Assembly (NCBI GenBank): GCA_030390025.1
Contig: CM059432.1
Location: 35,776,001-35,840,000, forward strand
Direction: 5' to 3'
DNA from: Squalus acanthias
Taxonomy: Eukaryota
Length of the DNA: 64,000 nucleotides
The notes under the pieces were generated by a model. It was not told the DNA's origin. It saw nothing but the letters and a program-made list of their open reading frames with translations, and did no database searches. The position numbers were made by a program, and so were the translations under genes. This document shows positions 11,401 to 22,345 of the stretch, piece by piece. Position 1 is the stretch's first letter. Each line of letters begins with the position of its first letter.

Positions 11401-11590
11401 CCTTTGTTTTTTGTTCCTCACCCTTTTACCATTTATTTCTGTCTGCCTTTCACTTTCCTCTATTTCACTACATAGGTTTCTAGCCCCCTGCCATACTAGT
11501 TTAAATGCTCCCGAACTGCTTTATCAAAAATTACCCCGAGAACATCAGTTCCATCTTTGCACAGGTGTAGACCGTCCCTTTTGTATAGGT
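8458..11590 (-). mobile_element. Young CR1 LINE with near-intact ORF2 (APE + RT), 5'-truncated within ORF1
   Basis: ORFs 9286..11421 ([19 protein letters not shown]) and 8555..9364 are separated by one frameshift in a G run near 9365. ORF1 ends AVREHLN* at 11496. Simple-repeat tail near 8460. Confidence 0.95.
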
Positions 11591-13447
11591 GTGTGATGGG
11601 TGCCACTGAAAATGACATATAGCAGTGGCTAGGGGGACACACCAGATACTGCTGGTCAAAACACTTGGATTTGTCCATATTGTCCTGGCAACAGGGGATT
11701 GAGGATTCCCATAGTCCATCTGATCATCAGATCTGACACTGCTGCTGTGCATCATTACTCCTCTTATCTTTCTTCGCATTCGCCCCACCTGTACTGAAGG
11801 CACTGACTCTTGTTGGTGCACAGTCCAGTGGGTGCCAGCATTCCTCATGCATGAGCATTGATGAGCGATTCAGCTATGCGGGGCATCATGGCTGAGCCTG
11901 ACCCTGTCCCCATAAATAAGCTCTTTCCAGCAGGGTCATCGGATAGCATTCAAGGAACCTTGGCGGGGTTTGCTGCTTCCCTAGCCCTGGGGTGCTGAGG
12001 CCAATTATAATGCCCTTATTGCTGCCCAACACAGATGGGGATCAAACCTTGGTCCTTCCTGGTTGGTATGGCTCATGCAACTTGGTGCTTTTATCCAATT
12101 GTAGTACTGGGAGAGGTCCTTAGCAACTTCGTTAGTGACTGGTGATCTGTTTGATATTGTTTGTGTGTCTACGAGTCTGTACATGTGTATTTCTTTTCAT
12201 GTGTTTGCATGCATTTGATCTTGTCTGTGTTTCTGTCCATGTTGGTATGTTTGTGGCCTTGTGTCTTTTTAACATTTTTAAACCGCCTGTAGATTTAGGG
12301 ACCATCTCTGTACTGGTGACGATTCTCATTGTCGTATACTCAAAAAAAAATATTTCTGGATGTCAGGCGAGAACAGGATCAGGTCTGACAGTGGTGACCT
12401 CAAACAGCCTGCCTACACTCGCTGTCTGGGGCCACACATTAGGAGTAGCCACTTGGGCAAGGTACTAATGGGCAACTAGTGCCTGTGGAATTGCAGCTCA
12501 GCAAGGGGCTCAATACCTTTGGGATAGGAGGGAGGGGATAAAATTAGAGAAGTAATCATTTGTGATGCCAAATTGATGATCCCACCATGGCAGTTTGAGA
12601 ATGTTAATTCAGGTTTTTTTAAAATCTGGAAATAAAAAGCTGGTACCAGTAAAAGTGGCCATGAAGCTGTCAGATTTCGTAACATACCAACTGGTTCACT
12701 AATGTCCTGTGGGGAAGGAAACTTGCCGTCCTCACCTGGTCTGGCCTATGTATGACTCCAGTCCCACACCAGCGTGGTTGATTCTTCACTGCCCTGTGAA
12801 GTGGCCGAGCAAACCACTCCGTTGTATCAAACCATTACCAGCGGTTCAAGAAGAAAGCCCATTACCACCTTCTCTGGGCAACTAGGGATGGGGAATAAAT
12901 GACACCCTTGCCAGAGACACCCACATCCCAAGAATGGGAAAAAAAAATTAATCATGCACTATTGATATGCCTCCCATTGCGCACAAGTAATCCAGAGAAA
13001 AAAATGGTTTTAACACCATGGCGCTCCTCACTTAGTTTTTTTGGTAAATGCACTGCCTAGTGTGGAACTGAGACATACAGATTAAGAAGGTGTCATGTTT
13101 GATCTCTGGTCTGTGTTGAGTCGGGGCAGTAGAAGAAGGCATGCTTTAATTGGCGAGACAGAGAAAGAAAATCAGTAAGGGATCTACTCCTGATCACTGT
13201 TCCAGTTCTAGAATGTGCGTAAATGAGGACATCTGGTGAGTACAGGATTGGGCTTAGTTGTGCAGCCCTCGTGGTCCAATAGCCCACCGACACTTACTCA
13301 TCGAGCTCGCACGTTAATAACGATGACTTGAGCAAGCTATCAGAGGAGGGCTGTGAAACCGAGTCAGCCCCTTCAGGGGAAGAGGGGAAGGAAATAAAAG
13401 GAAGTGAACTCCTTTACCTGATCATGTCATTCTTTCTCTTGTTTCAG

Positions 13448-13525
13448 CTGTCCACTCTCCGGTTTGCATCAAGGATGAAGTGTATACCAGCTGAGCCAGC
13501 CCCTAATGTGTACAGTGACCCCACC
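13448..13525 (+). CDS. KIF9: KIF9 coding exon C (end of motor domain)
   Basis: tgtttcag / gtgagt. LSTLRFASRMKCIPAEPAPNVYSDPT completes the kinesin ET.STLRFA.R motif. 78 nt. Confidence 0.95.
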
Positions 13526-13989
13526 GTGAGTGTAGAGCGCATTGATTTTGTTTTGAAGCTTTTTCCAAGTCAAATAAGCACCCACGCTCCACCCTTTCAC
13601 CTCAAAAGCAGGTTATCGATGTAGCATTCTATGACCTCCATCCTGATTTGATTGACAGAATAAAGTGGCTTGGACTTCTTTAACACATTCTTGCATCTCT
13701 CTGAAGGTTTCCAAGCACATCACATAGCTCATTCTTAAAGTGCAATAACTATTGTTAAATAGGCAAACCATTTTTCACACACCATGAATAGCAGTTAGAT
13801 GAATGACCAGCTAATGTTTATTGGTGGTACTGGTTGAGGGAGGAGTATAGGTCAGGACATTGGGAGCACTCCCTGCTGTTCTTCGAATACTGCCATTGGA
13901 TCTTTAGCCTCCGCTGATCCAGAGCAGGGGGTAGGTGTGGGACCTTGATTTACTATTTCCTATGAAGGACAGTACCTCTGGCAATGCAG

Positions 13990-15450
13990 TGAAGGGATAA
14001 TTACGAGTCCTAGCCCTTTTTGGGCTACTCCGGATCAGGCGTATTCCCCAGACGTTCACCTTCAACTAAAGTTAGAGATAGCCGAATCCTATAAGACGCT
14101 TAATTGGGTCTAAAGGTCCAGACTATCTCTCCCTAAAGGAAAGGAACAACTTGAAGATGTTACCGTCCTCCAGATAGCACTTTTAATAAGTTTAACTAGA
14201 CTGTAACCTTCCGGATATTATGAGGGTCCGGAAAACTCCCCCAGAATTCTGCAACTCCTCACCAAAGAGTGTACAGAGATTGAGTTTGCGAGTTTGATAC
14301 AGAAATACTATTTGAGACAGTTCTAAAAATATATAGATTTATTAAAGAACCGACATGCAGTTAACAGCTGGTGAGTCAATCGCAACTTTAACAGTTCAAA
14401 ATACAAATAGCTTACAATTCTTCTCACAGATCCTTATTCTCAAATCTTAACTTCGTTACATTTTTAGATTTCTACTTATTTCTAATCCAGGATATCCACC
14501 AAAATCAAATAAAAGTACCTTTTTGATCCCCGAGACTCAAAGAGTTAAAAACTTACAGAGCCTGCCTCTGAAGAATGAGAATCGCTTTGCCCCTTTCAGT
14601 GACTTCTGACTTCCTATCTGAAAGCTCTATATTTTATACCCTTTCTCAGTGGTATATTTTTTTGAAGTTTTCTGCTGATGTAAGCTAATTATCTCGAGTC
14701 ATATTTCTGTTGACTTCTTTCTATTCTTACTGTCAATTCAGCTGTTAACTTGCAGACTTGTGTCTGCTGTGTAGGTGTTCATAACTTATCATAAAAAATG
14801 GTTATAACAGATGTATCTACTTGATGCCATTTTTACAAAGGTCTTCTATTGAATTCTTAAATCACCTCAGCTGGTTGTAAGCCAGACTTCGCGTCTCCTA
14901 ACTGTTCCAAGTTCAATACAAAAACCATGTGATTGCTTGGTGCATCTATTGATGTCATATTTACAAAGTCTTTTGTTTGTATCTTTTACAACATGTAAAT
15001 TTAAACCCACTTCAACCGAGTACATGATTGTTTTCCTAGCTACTTCAATTGGTTGTATTACAGACTTATGTCTCCTGTCTTTCATTTGATTTCATATTTA
15101 TGAAGGCATATGTTTCTTTAATGTTCTGTGTTTCTGTTCGAAGTGTTAGTTTATAACACTTTAAACTGGGTATAGCTATTGTGTTCTTTCCAAACTGCAG
15201 ACTCCTTGGAAACTCCAACCCTTTGCTTCAATAGGGCCATTGTCTCAGTGTCAACAACCAATTCCCATTTCAAAAGCTTGTATGGTGTTTACAGCTTTGT
15301 GACTCATCTTATCTCAGAAGCCTGTATTTACAGCTTTGTGTCGTTGAGGCTTTTAGATTTTTAAACCCAGTTTGTCATATTTTAATAAAGTCAAAATTCT
15401 GTTCATAGGATGGTGTATTTTTCTGAATAGGTATGGCTCATTCCTTTACA
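13990..15450 (-). mobile_element. Solo LTR (ERV/LTR retrotransposon)
   Basis: TG...CA ends and a 4-bp TSD gcag/gcag inside a SINE. The minus strand has TATAAAA near 14635 and AATAAA near 14340. Homologous to 60517..61668. Confidence 0.8.
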
Positions 15451-15524
15451 GCAGCACTTCCTCAGTGGGCTGGACTGGCATCTTAAACTATGAATTGAGA
15501 CTCCTGGTGTGGGGCTCAGATTCT

Positions 15525-16276
15525 TGGCGTTGATATTAAGCCCCCGGGCGGGAGAGGGTCAGGGGAGAATGGGGGTGGATTTTAAATCGCGAAACGCAAC
15601 CCCAACCTGCCGCGAACATGTATGCTGCCATTTATACGGCGCGGGTTGCATGACATGCCTATCCTGCTCTTGAGAGGCGGGATACTTCATTACAATATTT
15701 AAATCAGACTCCCACAGTGCAATTAGGAGCCTGATTGAAATTTAATGGTTGTCGGCCAGGTTTTCCAGGACTCGGGAAACCCGGCAGCAAAATGGAGACA
15801 TTACTTGTGAGCTAGGAGGAGCAGGAGTGCTTCCCCATGCCCCTCAAGCAAACCTTCTGCCAACCGCGACTTCTCCTCGCTGCCGTGATTGGCTGACTCC
15901 CTCTCCTCCTTTGTCCTGCGATCTGCCGACACCACCCCACCCCACAAACTTCTGATTTCACCCCCACTTCTGCCCCACGATCTTCTGACTCCACCTCCCC
16001 ACCACCCCCCCCACCCCACCACAACTCCCCGCACCGCAATCTTTCCCAATTGCCGGAGACCATCCCCAACGGTCTTTCTACCGCTGGCTTGCATGCCTGG
16101 CAGCCGGCCAACCTGTCAATCTGACCAGCTGCTGGGCAGGATGCGGAATAAAGAAATGATAATGAGGTCCTGCCATTAAATTCACCAGGACCTCCACGTT
16201 CCCGGGAATTCCGGATTTCCCGCCGGCAACCACCCTCCCCTGCTCCCTCCCCACCTCCCCATAAATATTGTGGCCC
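15525..16276. mobile_element. Probable non-autonomous Harbinger-type DNA transposon
   Basis: GC-rich block with imperfect inverted ends (ggcgttgatatt / aatattgtggccc) and subterminal motifs like the other MITEs here. Confidence 0.45.
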
Positions 16277-16415
16277 TGGTGTGGGAAGTGAAAGTGCTGC
16301 TAATTGAGGCAAATTGCTTGGTGATAAGAGAGGTAATGTGTTATGGGGATGAACTTCAGTGGCAAGAATATCAACATCCTATCCATAACTCTCTTTGTTA
16401 TGTTTCTTTTTCTAG

Positions 16416-16484
16416 AAAATGATTCAGAAGCTTCAGAAAGAGATCCAGCTACTGCAGGATGAACTGGCTATGCACAACATACTG
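16416..16484 (+). CDS. KIF9: KIF9 coding exon D (neck coiled coil)
   Basis: tttctttttctag / gtgaga. KMIQKLQKEIQLLQDELAMHNIL. 69 nt, phase 0. Confidence 0.92.
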
Positions 16485-16825
16485 GTGAGATATATCACAT
16501 TTTATCCTTCAAATATTTGCCATATCTTCTGATGGCACAAGTGATAGTAAAGAAGGTTAGAGTGTGATTGAGAGATTTGCTATGATTTTTGCAGTTAAAT
16601 AATGACAGTGTCTGGCAGTAGAGTGTTTATGGTCAGTTTATTTTATTCTGCTGGTCGCAACTCACTGCAACACAAACATTTTTAGCAGTGTGATGACCCT
16701 TTCTCATCAATTTTTTTTCAAACGTTTCAATGTTATGCCAGGATATCCAGTGATATGTAATCTCTCAGAATATCAAGTGATTATATTCCAGTAATTCTGT
16801 CAGGATATCCAGTAATTATATTCCA

Positions 16826-19350
16826 TAGAATCATAGAAGTTCACGGCACAGAAGGAGGCCATTCGGCCCATCGTGTCTGTGCTGGCTGAAAAAGAGCTAT
16901 CCAGCCTAATCCTACTTTCCAGCTCTTGATCCGTAGCCTTGCAGGCCACGGCACTTCAAGTGCACATCCAAGCACTTTTTAAATATGATGAGGGTTTCTG
17001 CCTCTACCACCCTTTCAGGCAGTGAGTTCCAGACTCCCACCACCCTCTGCGTGAAGATTTCTCCTCAACTCCCCTCTAATCCTTCTACCAATTACTTTAA
17101 ATCTATGCCCCCTGGTTATTGACCTCTCTGCCAAGGGAAATAGGTCCCTTCCTATCCACTCTATCTATGCCCCTCTCAATTTTATACACCTGAATTAAAT
17201 CTCCCCTCAGCCTCCTCTGTTCCAAAGAAAACAACCTCAGCCTATCCAATCTTTCCTCCATAGCTAAAATTCTCCAGTCCTGGCAACATTCTCATAAACC
17301 TCTTCTGTAGCCTCTCTAGTGCAATCACAACTTTCCTGTAATGTGGTGACCAGAACTGTACACAGTACTCCAGCTGTGGCCTAACTGGTGTTTTATACAG
17401 TTCAAGCATAACCTCCCTGCTCTTATAAGAACATAAGAAATAGGAGCAGGAGTAGGCCAATTGGCCCCTCGAGCCTGCTCCGCCATTCAATAAGATCATG
17501 GCTGATCTGATCCTAAGCTCAAATCTAAAGAACACAAGAAGTAGGAGCAGGACCCGGCCACTCAGCCCCTGGGCCCGCTCCGCCACCCACAGGGCCCTGA
17601 CCGATCCGAACTCAGCCTCATGTCCAATTTCCTGCCCGCTCACCGTAACCCCTAATTCCCTTTTACCTCTAGGAAACTATCTATTTCTGTTTTAAATTTA
17701 TTTAATGATGTAGCTTCCACAGCTTCCTGGGGCAGCAAATTCCACAGACCTACTACCCTCTGAGTGAAGAAGTTTCTCCTCATCTCAGTTTTGAAAGAGC
17801 AGCCCCTTATTCTAAGATTATGCCCCCTAGTTCTAGTTTCACCCATCCTTGGGAACATCCTTACCGCATCCACCCGATCAAGCCCCTTCACAATCTTATA
17901 TGTTTCAATAAGATCGCCTCTCATTCTTCTGAACTCCAATGAGTAGAGTCCCAATCTACTCAACCTCTCCTCATATGTCCACCCCCTCATCCCCGGGATT
18001 AACCGAGTGAACCTTCTTTGTACTGGCTCGAGAGCAAGTATGTCTTTTCTTAAGTATGGACACCAAAACTGTATGCAGTATTCCAGGTGCGGTCTCACCA
18101 ATACCTTATATAACTGCAGCAATACCTCCCTGTTTTTATAATCTATCCCCCTAGCAATAAAAGCCAACATTCCGTTGGCCTTCTTGATCACCTGCTGCAC
18201 CTGCATACTAACTTTTTGATTTTCTTGCACTAGGACCCCCAGATCCCTTTTGTACTGCAGTACTTTCCAGTTTCTCGCCATTAAGATAATAACTTGCTCT
18301 CTGATTTTTCCTGCCAAAGTGCATAACCTCACATTTTCCAATATTGTATTGCATCTGCCAAATCTCCGCCCACTCACCCAGCCTGTCTATACATTCTAAG
18401 CCACAGCTAAAAAAGGAAAGTATCCCGTATGCCTTCTTAACTAACGTATGTACATCTCCTGCTACTTTCAGAGATCTGTGGACATGCACTCCAAGGTCCC
18501 TCTGTTCCTCTACACTTCTCAGTATCCTACCATTTATTGTGTATTCCCTTGCCATGTTAGCCCTCTCCAAATGCATTACCTCACAATTCTGCGGATTGAA
18601 TTCCATTTGCCACTTTTCTGCCCACCTGACCAGTCCAATGTTATCCTCCTGCAGTCTGCAGCTTTCTTCCTCACTATCAACCATGCAGCCAATTTTAGTA
18701 TCATCTGCACACTTTTTAATCATGTCCCCTTTTTTTAAGTCTAAATCAAAAAGCAAGGGACCTAGTACTGAGCCCTGTGGAATCCCACTGGAAACTGCCT
18801 TCGAGTCACAAAAACACCCGTAAACCATTACCCTTTGCTTCCTGCCACAGCCAATTTTGGATCCAACTTGCCACTTTCCCTTGGATCCCATGGGCTTTTA
18901 CTTTTCTGATCAGTCTGCCATGTGGGACCTTGTCAAAAGCCTTGCTAAAATCCATGTAGACTACATTGAATGCGTTACTCTCATCGACCCTCTTTGTTAC
19001 TTCCTCAAAAAATTCAATCACGTTAGTCAGACATGACCTTCTTTTAACAAATCCATGCTGAAACGTCCTTGATTAGTCCTTCCCTTTCTAAATGATGATT
19101 AATACTGTCCCTCAAAATTTTTTCCAATAATTTTCCTACCACCAAGGTTAAGCTGACTGGCTTGTAATTATTCGGTCTATCCCTTTCTCCTTTTTAAACA
19201 ATGGTACACGTTCGCAGTCCTTCAATCCTCCGGCTCCATACCTGTAGCCAGAGAGGATTGGAAAATGATGATCAGAGCCTCTGTTATTTCCTCCCTTGCT
19301 TCTCTTAACAGCCTGGGATGCATTTCATCCAGGCCTGGCAATTTATCTAG
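16826..19350 (-). mobile_element. Decayed CR1 RT/3' region with a second CR1 3' fragment nested at ~17426..18388
   Basis: RT-motif ORFs 18208..18891, 18806..19021 and 17652..18377. Two different tails (atagaatcatagaa; aagaacataagaa). Inserted into the 34-bp satellite. Confidence 0.9.
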
Positions 19351-20817
19351 TACATCTGTCAGGTTATCCACTGATTATATTCCAGTTCATTCCTCAGGAT
19401 ATTCAGTGATATATTCCAGTTAATCCCTCAGGATAGCCAGTGATATATTCCAGTTAATCCCTCAGGATATCCAGTGATTATAGTCCAGTAATTTTCTCTG
19501 GATATCCCAAGATATATAATCCAGTAATGCTGTTAGGATATTCAATTATACATTCCAGTAAATCCTTCAGCACATCTAGTGATTTTATTGAATTAATTCC
19601 CTCAGAATATCAGGTGAATATATTCCAGTAAATCTGTCAAGTTATCCAATGATTATATTCTAGTAATTGTATCTAACAATTCCAGTAAATCTCAGGATAT
19701 TCAGTGATTATATCCTAGTAATCCTCCAGAATATTCGGTTATTCTGTTTCAGTAAATTTCTCATGATCACCAGGGAGATATTCCTTTAAATCTCAGGATA
19801 TCCAGTGATATATTCCAGTAATTCTCTCAGGATATCCAGTGATATATTCCAGTAATTCTCTCTGGATATCCAGTGATATATTCCAGTAATTCTCTCAGGA
19901 TATCCAGTGATATATTCCAGTAATTCTCTCTGGATATCCAGTGATATATTCCAGTAATTCTCTCTGGATATCCAGTGATATATTCCAGTAATTCTCTCAG
20001 GATATCCAGTGATATATTCCAGTAATTCTCTCTGGATATCCAGTGATAGATTCTAGCACAAAAGCAAAATACTGCGGAGGCTAGAAATCTGAAGTAAAAA
20101 TAGAAAATGCCGGAAATACTCTGCAGGTCAGGCAGCATCTGTGGAGAGAGAAACAGAGTTAACGTTTCAGGTCGATGACATTTCATCAGAACTGGAAAAT
20201 GTTACAGATGTAACCGGTTTTAAGCAAGTACAGAGGCAGGGAAAGGGAAGATGGGAAGAAAGAACAAAAGGGAAGGCCAGAGAGATTGAATGACGAAAGG
20301 GATGATGGTGCAATGCAAAAGGAGGTGGTAATGGGACAAGTAAAGAAACAAAAGATGGGTCTGGAAGAGGTGTAAATGGGAATCGCTGAATCAGCACCTC
20401 TTGTCCGAAAAAACGGGGGCCGAGGTTATGATCTGAAATTGTTGAACTCAATGTTGAATCTGGAAGGCTGTAAAGTGCCCAATCGATAGATGAGTTGCTG
20501 TTCCTCGAGGATGTTGAGTCTGGAAGGCTGTTACATAAATTCCAGTAATTCTCTCTGGCTATCGAATGATGTATTCCAGTAATTCTCTCTGGCTATCGAA
20601 TGATGTATTCCAGTCATTCTCTCTGGATATCAAGTGATATATTCCTGTAATTCTCGCTGGATATCGAGTGATATATTCCTGTAATTCTCGCTGGATATCG
20701 AGTGATATATTCCTGTAATTCTCGCTGGATATCGAGTGATATATTCCTGTAATTCTCGCTGGATATCGAGTGATATATTCCTGTAATTCTCGCTGGATAT
20801 CGAGTGATATATTCCTG
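19350..20817. repeat. 34-bp minisatellite (ggatatccagtgatatattccagtaattctctc(a/t)), split by a PLE fragment
   Basis: Degenerate copies at 16735..16825 and 19350..19790. Near-perfect copies at 19795..20050. Variant array ggatatcgagtgatatattcctgtaattctcgct at ~20625..20817. Confidence 0.95.
20055..20532 (-). mobile_element. Penelope-like 3' fragment (family B) with a hammerhead at 20157..20193
   Basis: Minus strand reads AGUU-CUGAUGA-A-AUGUCaucGACCU-GAAA-CGUU-AACU, followed by the same tail as 34376..34510. Confidence 0.8.
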
Positions 20818-20829
20818 TTTTCTATGTAG

Positions 20830-20934
20830 GCTAACCGCCGACAGGTCAGCTACGAAACCTTGACTGCAAATCAAATCCGAGAGATTAAGGCTCAAGTTTG
20901 CAGATACCTGGACGGGACGTTGGATGAAATTAGT
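20830..20934 (+). CDS. KIF9: KIF9 coding exon E
   Basis: ttttctatgtag / gtgagt. ANRRQVSYETLTANQIREIKAQVCRYLDGTLDEIS, resembling KIF9 QVRRYLEGTLDEI. 105 nt. Confidence 0.92.
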
Positions 20935-21579
20935 GTGAGTGACTGAATGATTCAAATAATGTATATTTGGAGAAATAGACCAATCCCACATTCCTATTGG
21001 GGAGCCATGCTTCACTGCAGAACAGGTTGAAGATAGGGCTACTACACGAGTGCCGATTCTCCAACCCAAGCTCCCTTCGAATGCAGCTCCTGCTGAGTTC
21101 AGTGAGTTTACCCTATTATGTGATGTATATTGGACTCGTACTGTCACAGTGGTAGCACTCTTGCCTCTGAGTCAGATGGTTGTGGGTTCAAGTCCTACTT
21201 CAGGGACTTGAGCACAAAATCTAGGCTGACACTCCAGTGCAGTACTGAGGGAGTGCTGCACTGTCGGAGGTGCCGTCTTTCAGATGAGACGTTAAACCGA
21301 GGCTTCGCCTCTCGGGTAGATGTAAAAGATCCCATGGTACTATTTCGAAGAAAAGCAGAGCAATTTTCCCTGGTGTCTTGGCCAATATTTATCCCTCAAC
21401 CATCACTAAAAACAGTTTATCTGGTCGTTATCACATTGCTGTGCTGGCTGCCGCGTTTCCCTACAACAGTGACAATGACTGCACTATCTTTCAGAATTAT
21501 TCTGGTTGCATCTCACAAGGATGGGTATAGATGGCTTGTAACATTCATCCAATTGTGTACCCTGATAGACTTACGCTGT

Positions 21580-22125
21580 CATAGGAACATTAGGAACAGG
21601 CGTAGGCCACTTCAGCCCCTTGAGCCATTCAGTTAGATCATAGCTGATCTGCACTTCAACTCCATTTCGCCACCTTTGCACAATATCCCTTGATACCCTT
21701 GCCGAACAAAAATCTCTCGATTTCATTCTTGAAAGTGCTAATTATCCTAGCAGCCACAGCCTTTTGGGGGAGAAAATTTCAGATTTCTACTTCCCTTTGT
21801 GTGGTCAGCTCTAATTTTAAGATTATGACCCCCCTCATTCATCTTTCCCCTTCCAGAGGAAGTCGTTTCTCTGCATCTACCCTCAATCAGATCACCCCTC
21901 AATTTTCTATACTCGAGGGAATACAAACTAAGTTTATACAACCTGTCCTCATAATCTAACCGCTTAAGCCACGATATAATTCTGATGAATCTGCGCTGCA
22001 ACCTCTCAAAGGCCAATACATCCTCACTGAGGAACGGTGCAAAACTGCTGAAGGCAGTATTTCAGATGGGGTCTGACCAAGGTTCTATAAAACTGCAGCT
22101 TAACTTCCTCCCCTTTGTATTCCAG
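21580..22125 (-). mobile_element. Decayed CR1 3' fragment
   Basis: ERLQRRFIRII...YEDRL..L.LYSLEYRKLRGDLIE. Confidence 0.8.
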
Positions 22126-22345
22126 GGGTCGTTGACCGTGCTATTGGGTGGCACTTACTCACCAATAACCTGCTTACCGATGCTCAGTTGGGTTCCGGCA
22201 GGACCACTTAGCTCCAGACCTCATTACAGCCTTGGTCCAAACATGGACAAAAGAGCTGAATTTCAGAGGAGAGGTGAGAGTGACTGCCCTTGACATCAAG
22301 GCAGCATTTGACTGAGTGTGTCATCAAGGAGCCCTAGTAAAATTG

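Noticed and set aside
19795..20817. 34-bp repeats as a CRISPR array
   Set aside because: Units are head-to-tail with no unique spacers, there are no cas genes, and the context is a eukaryotic intron.
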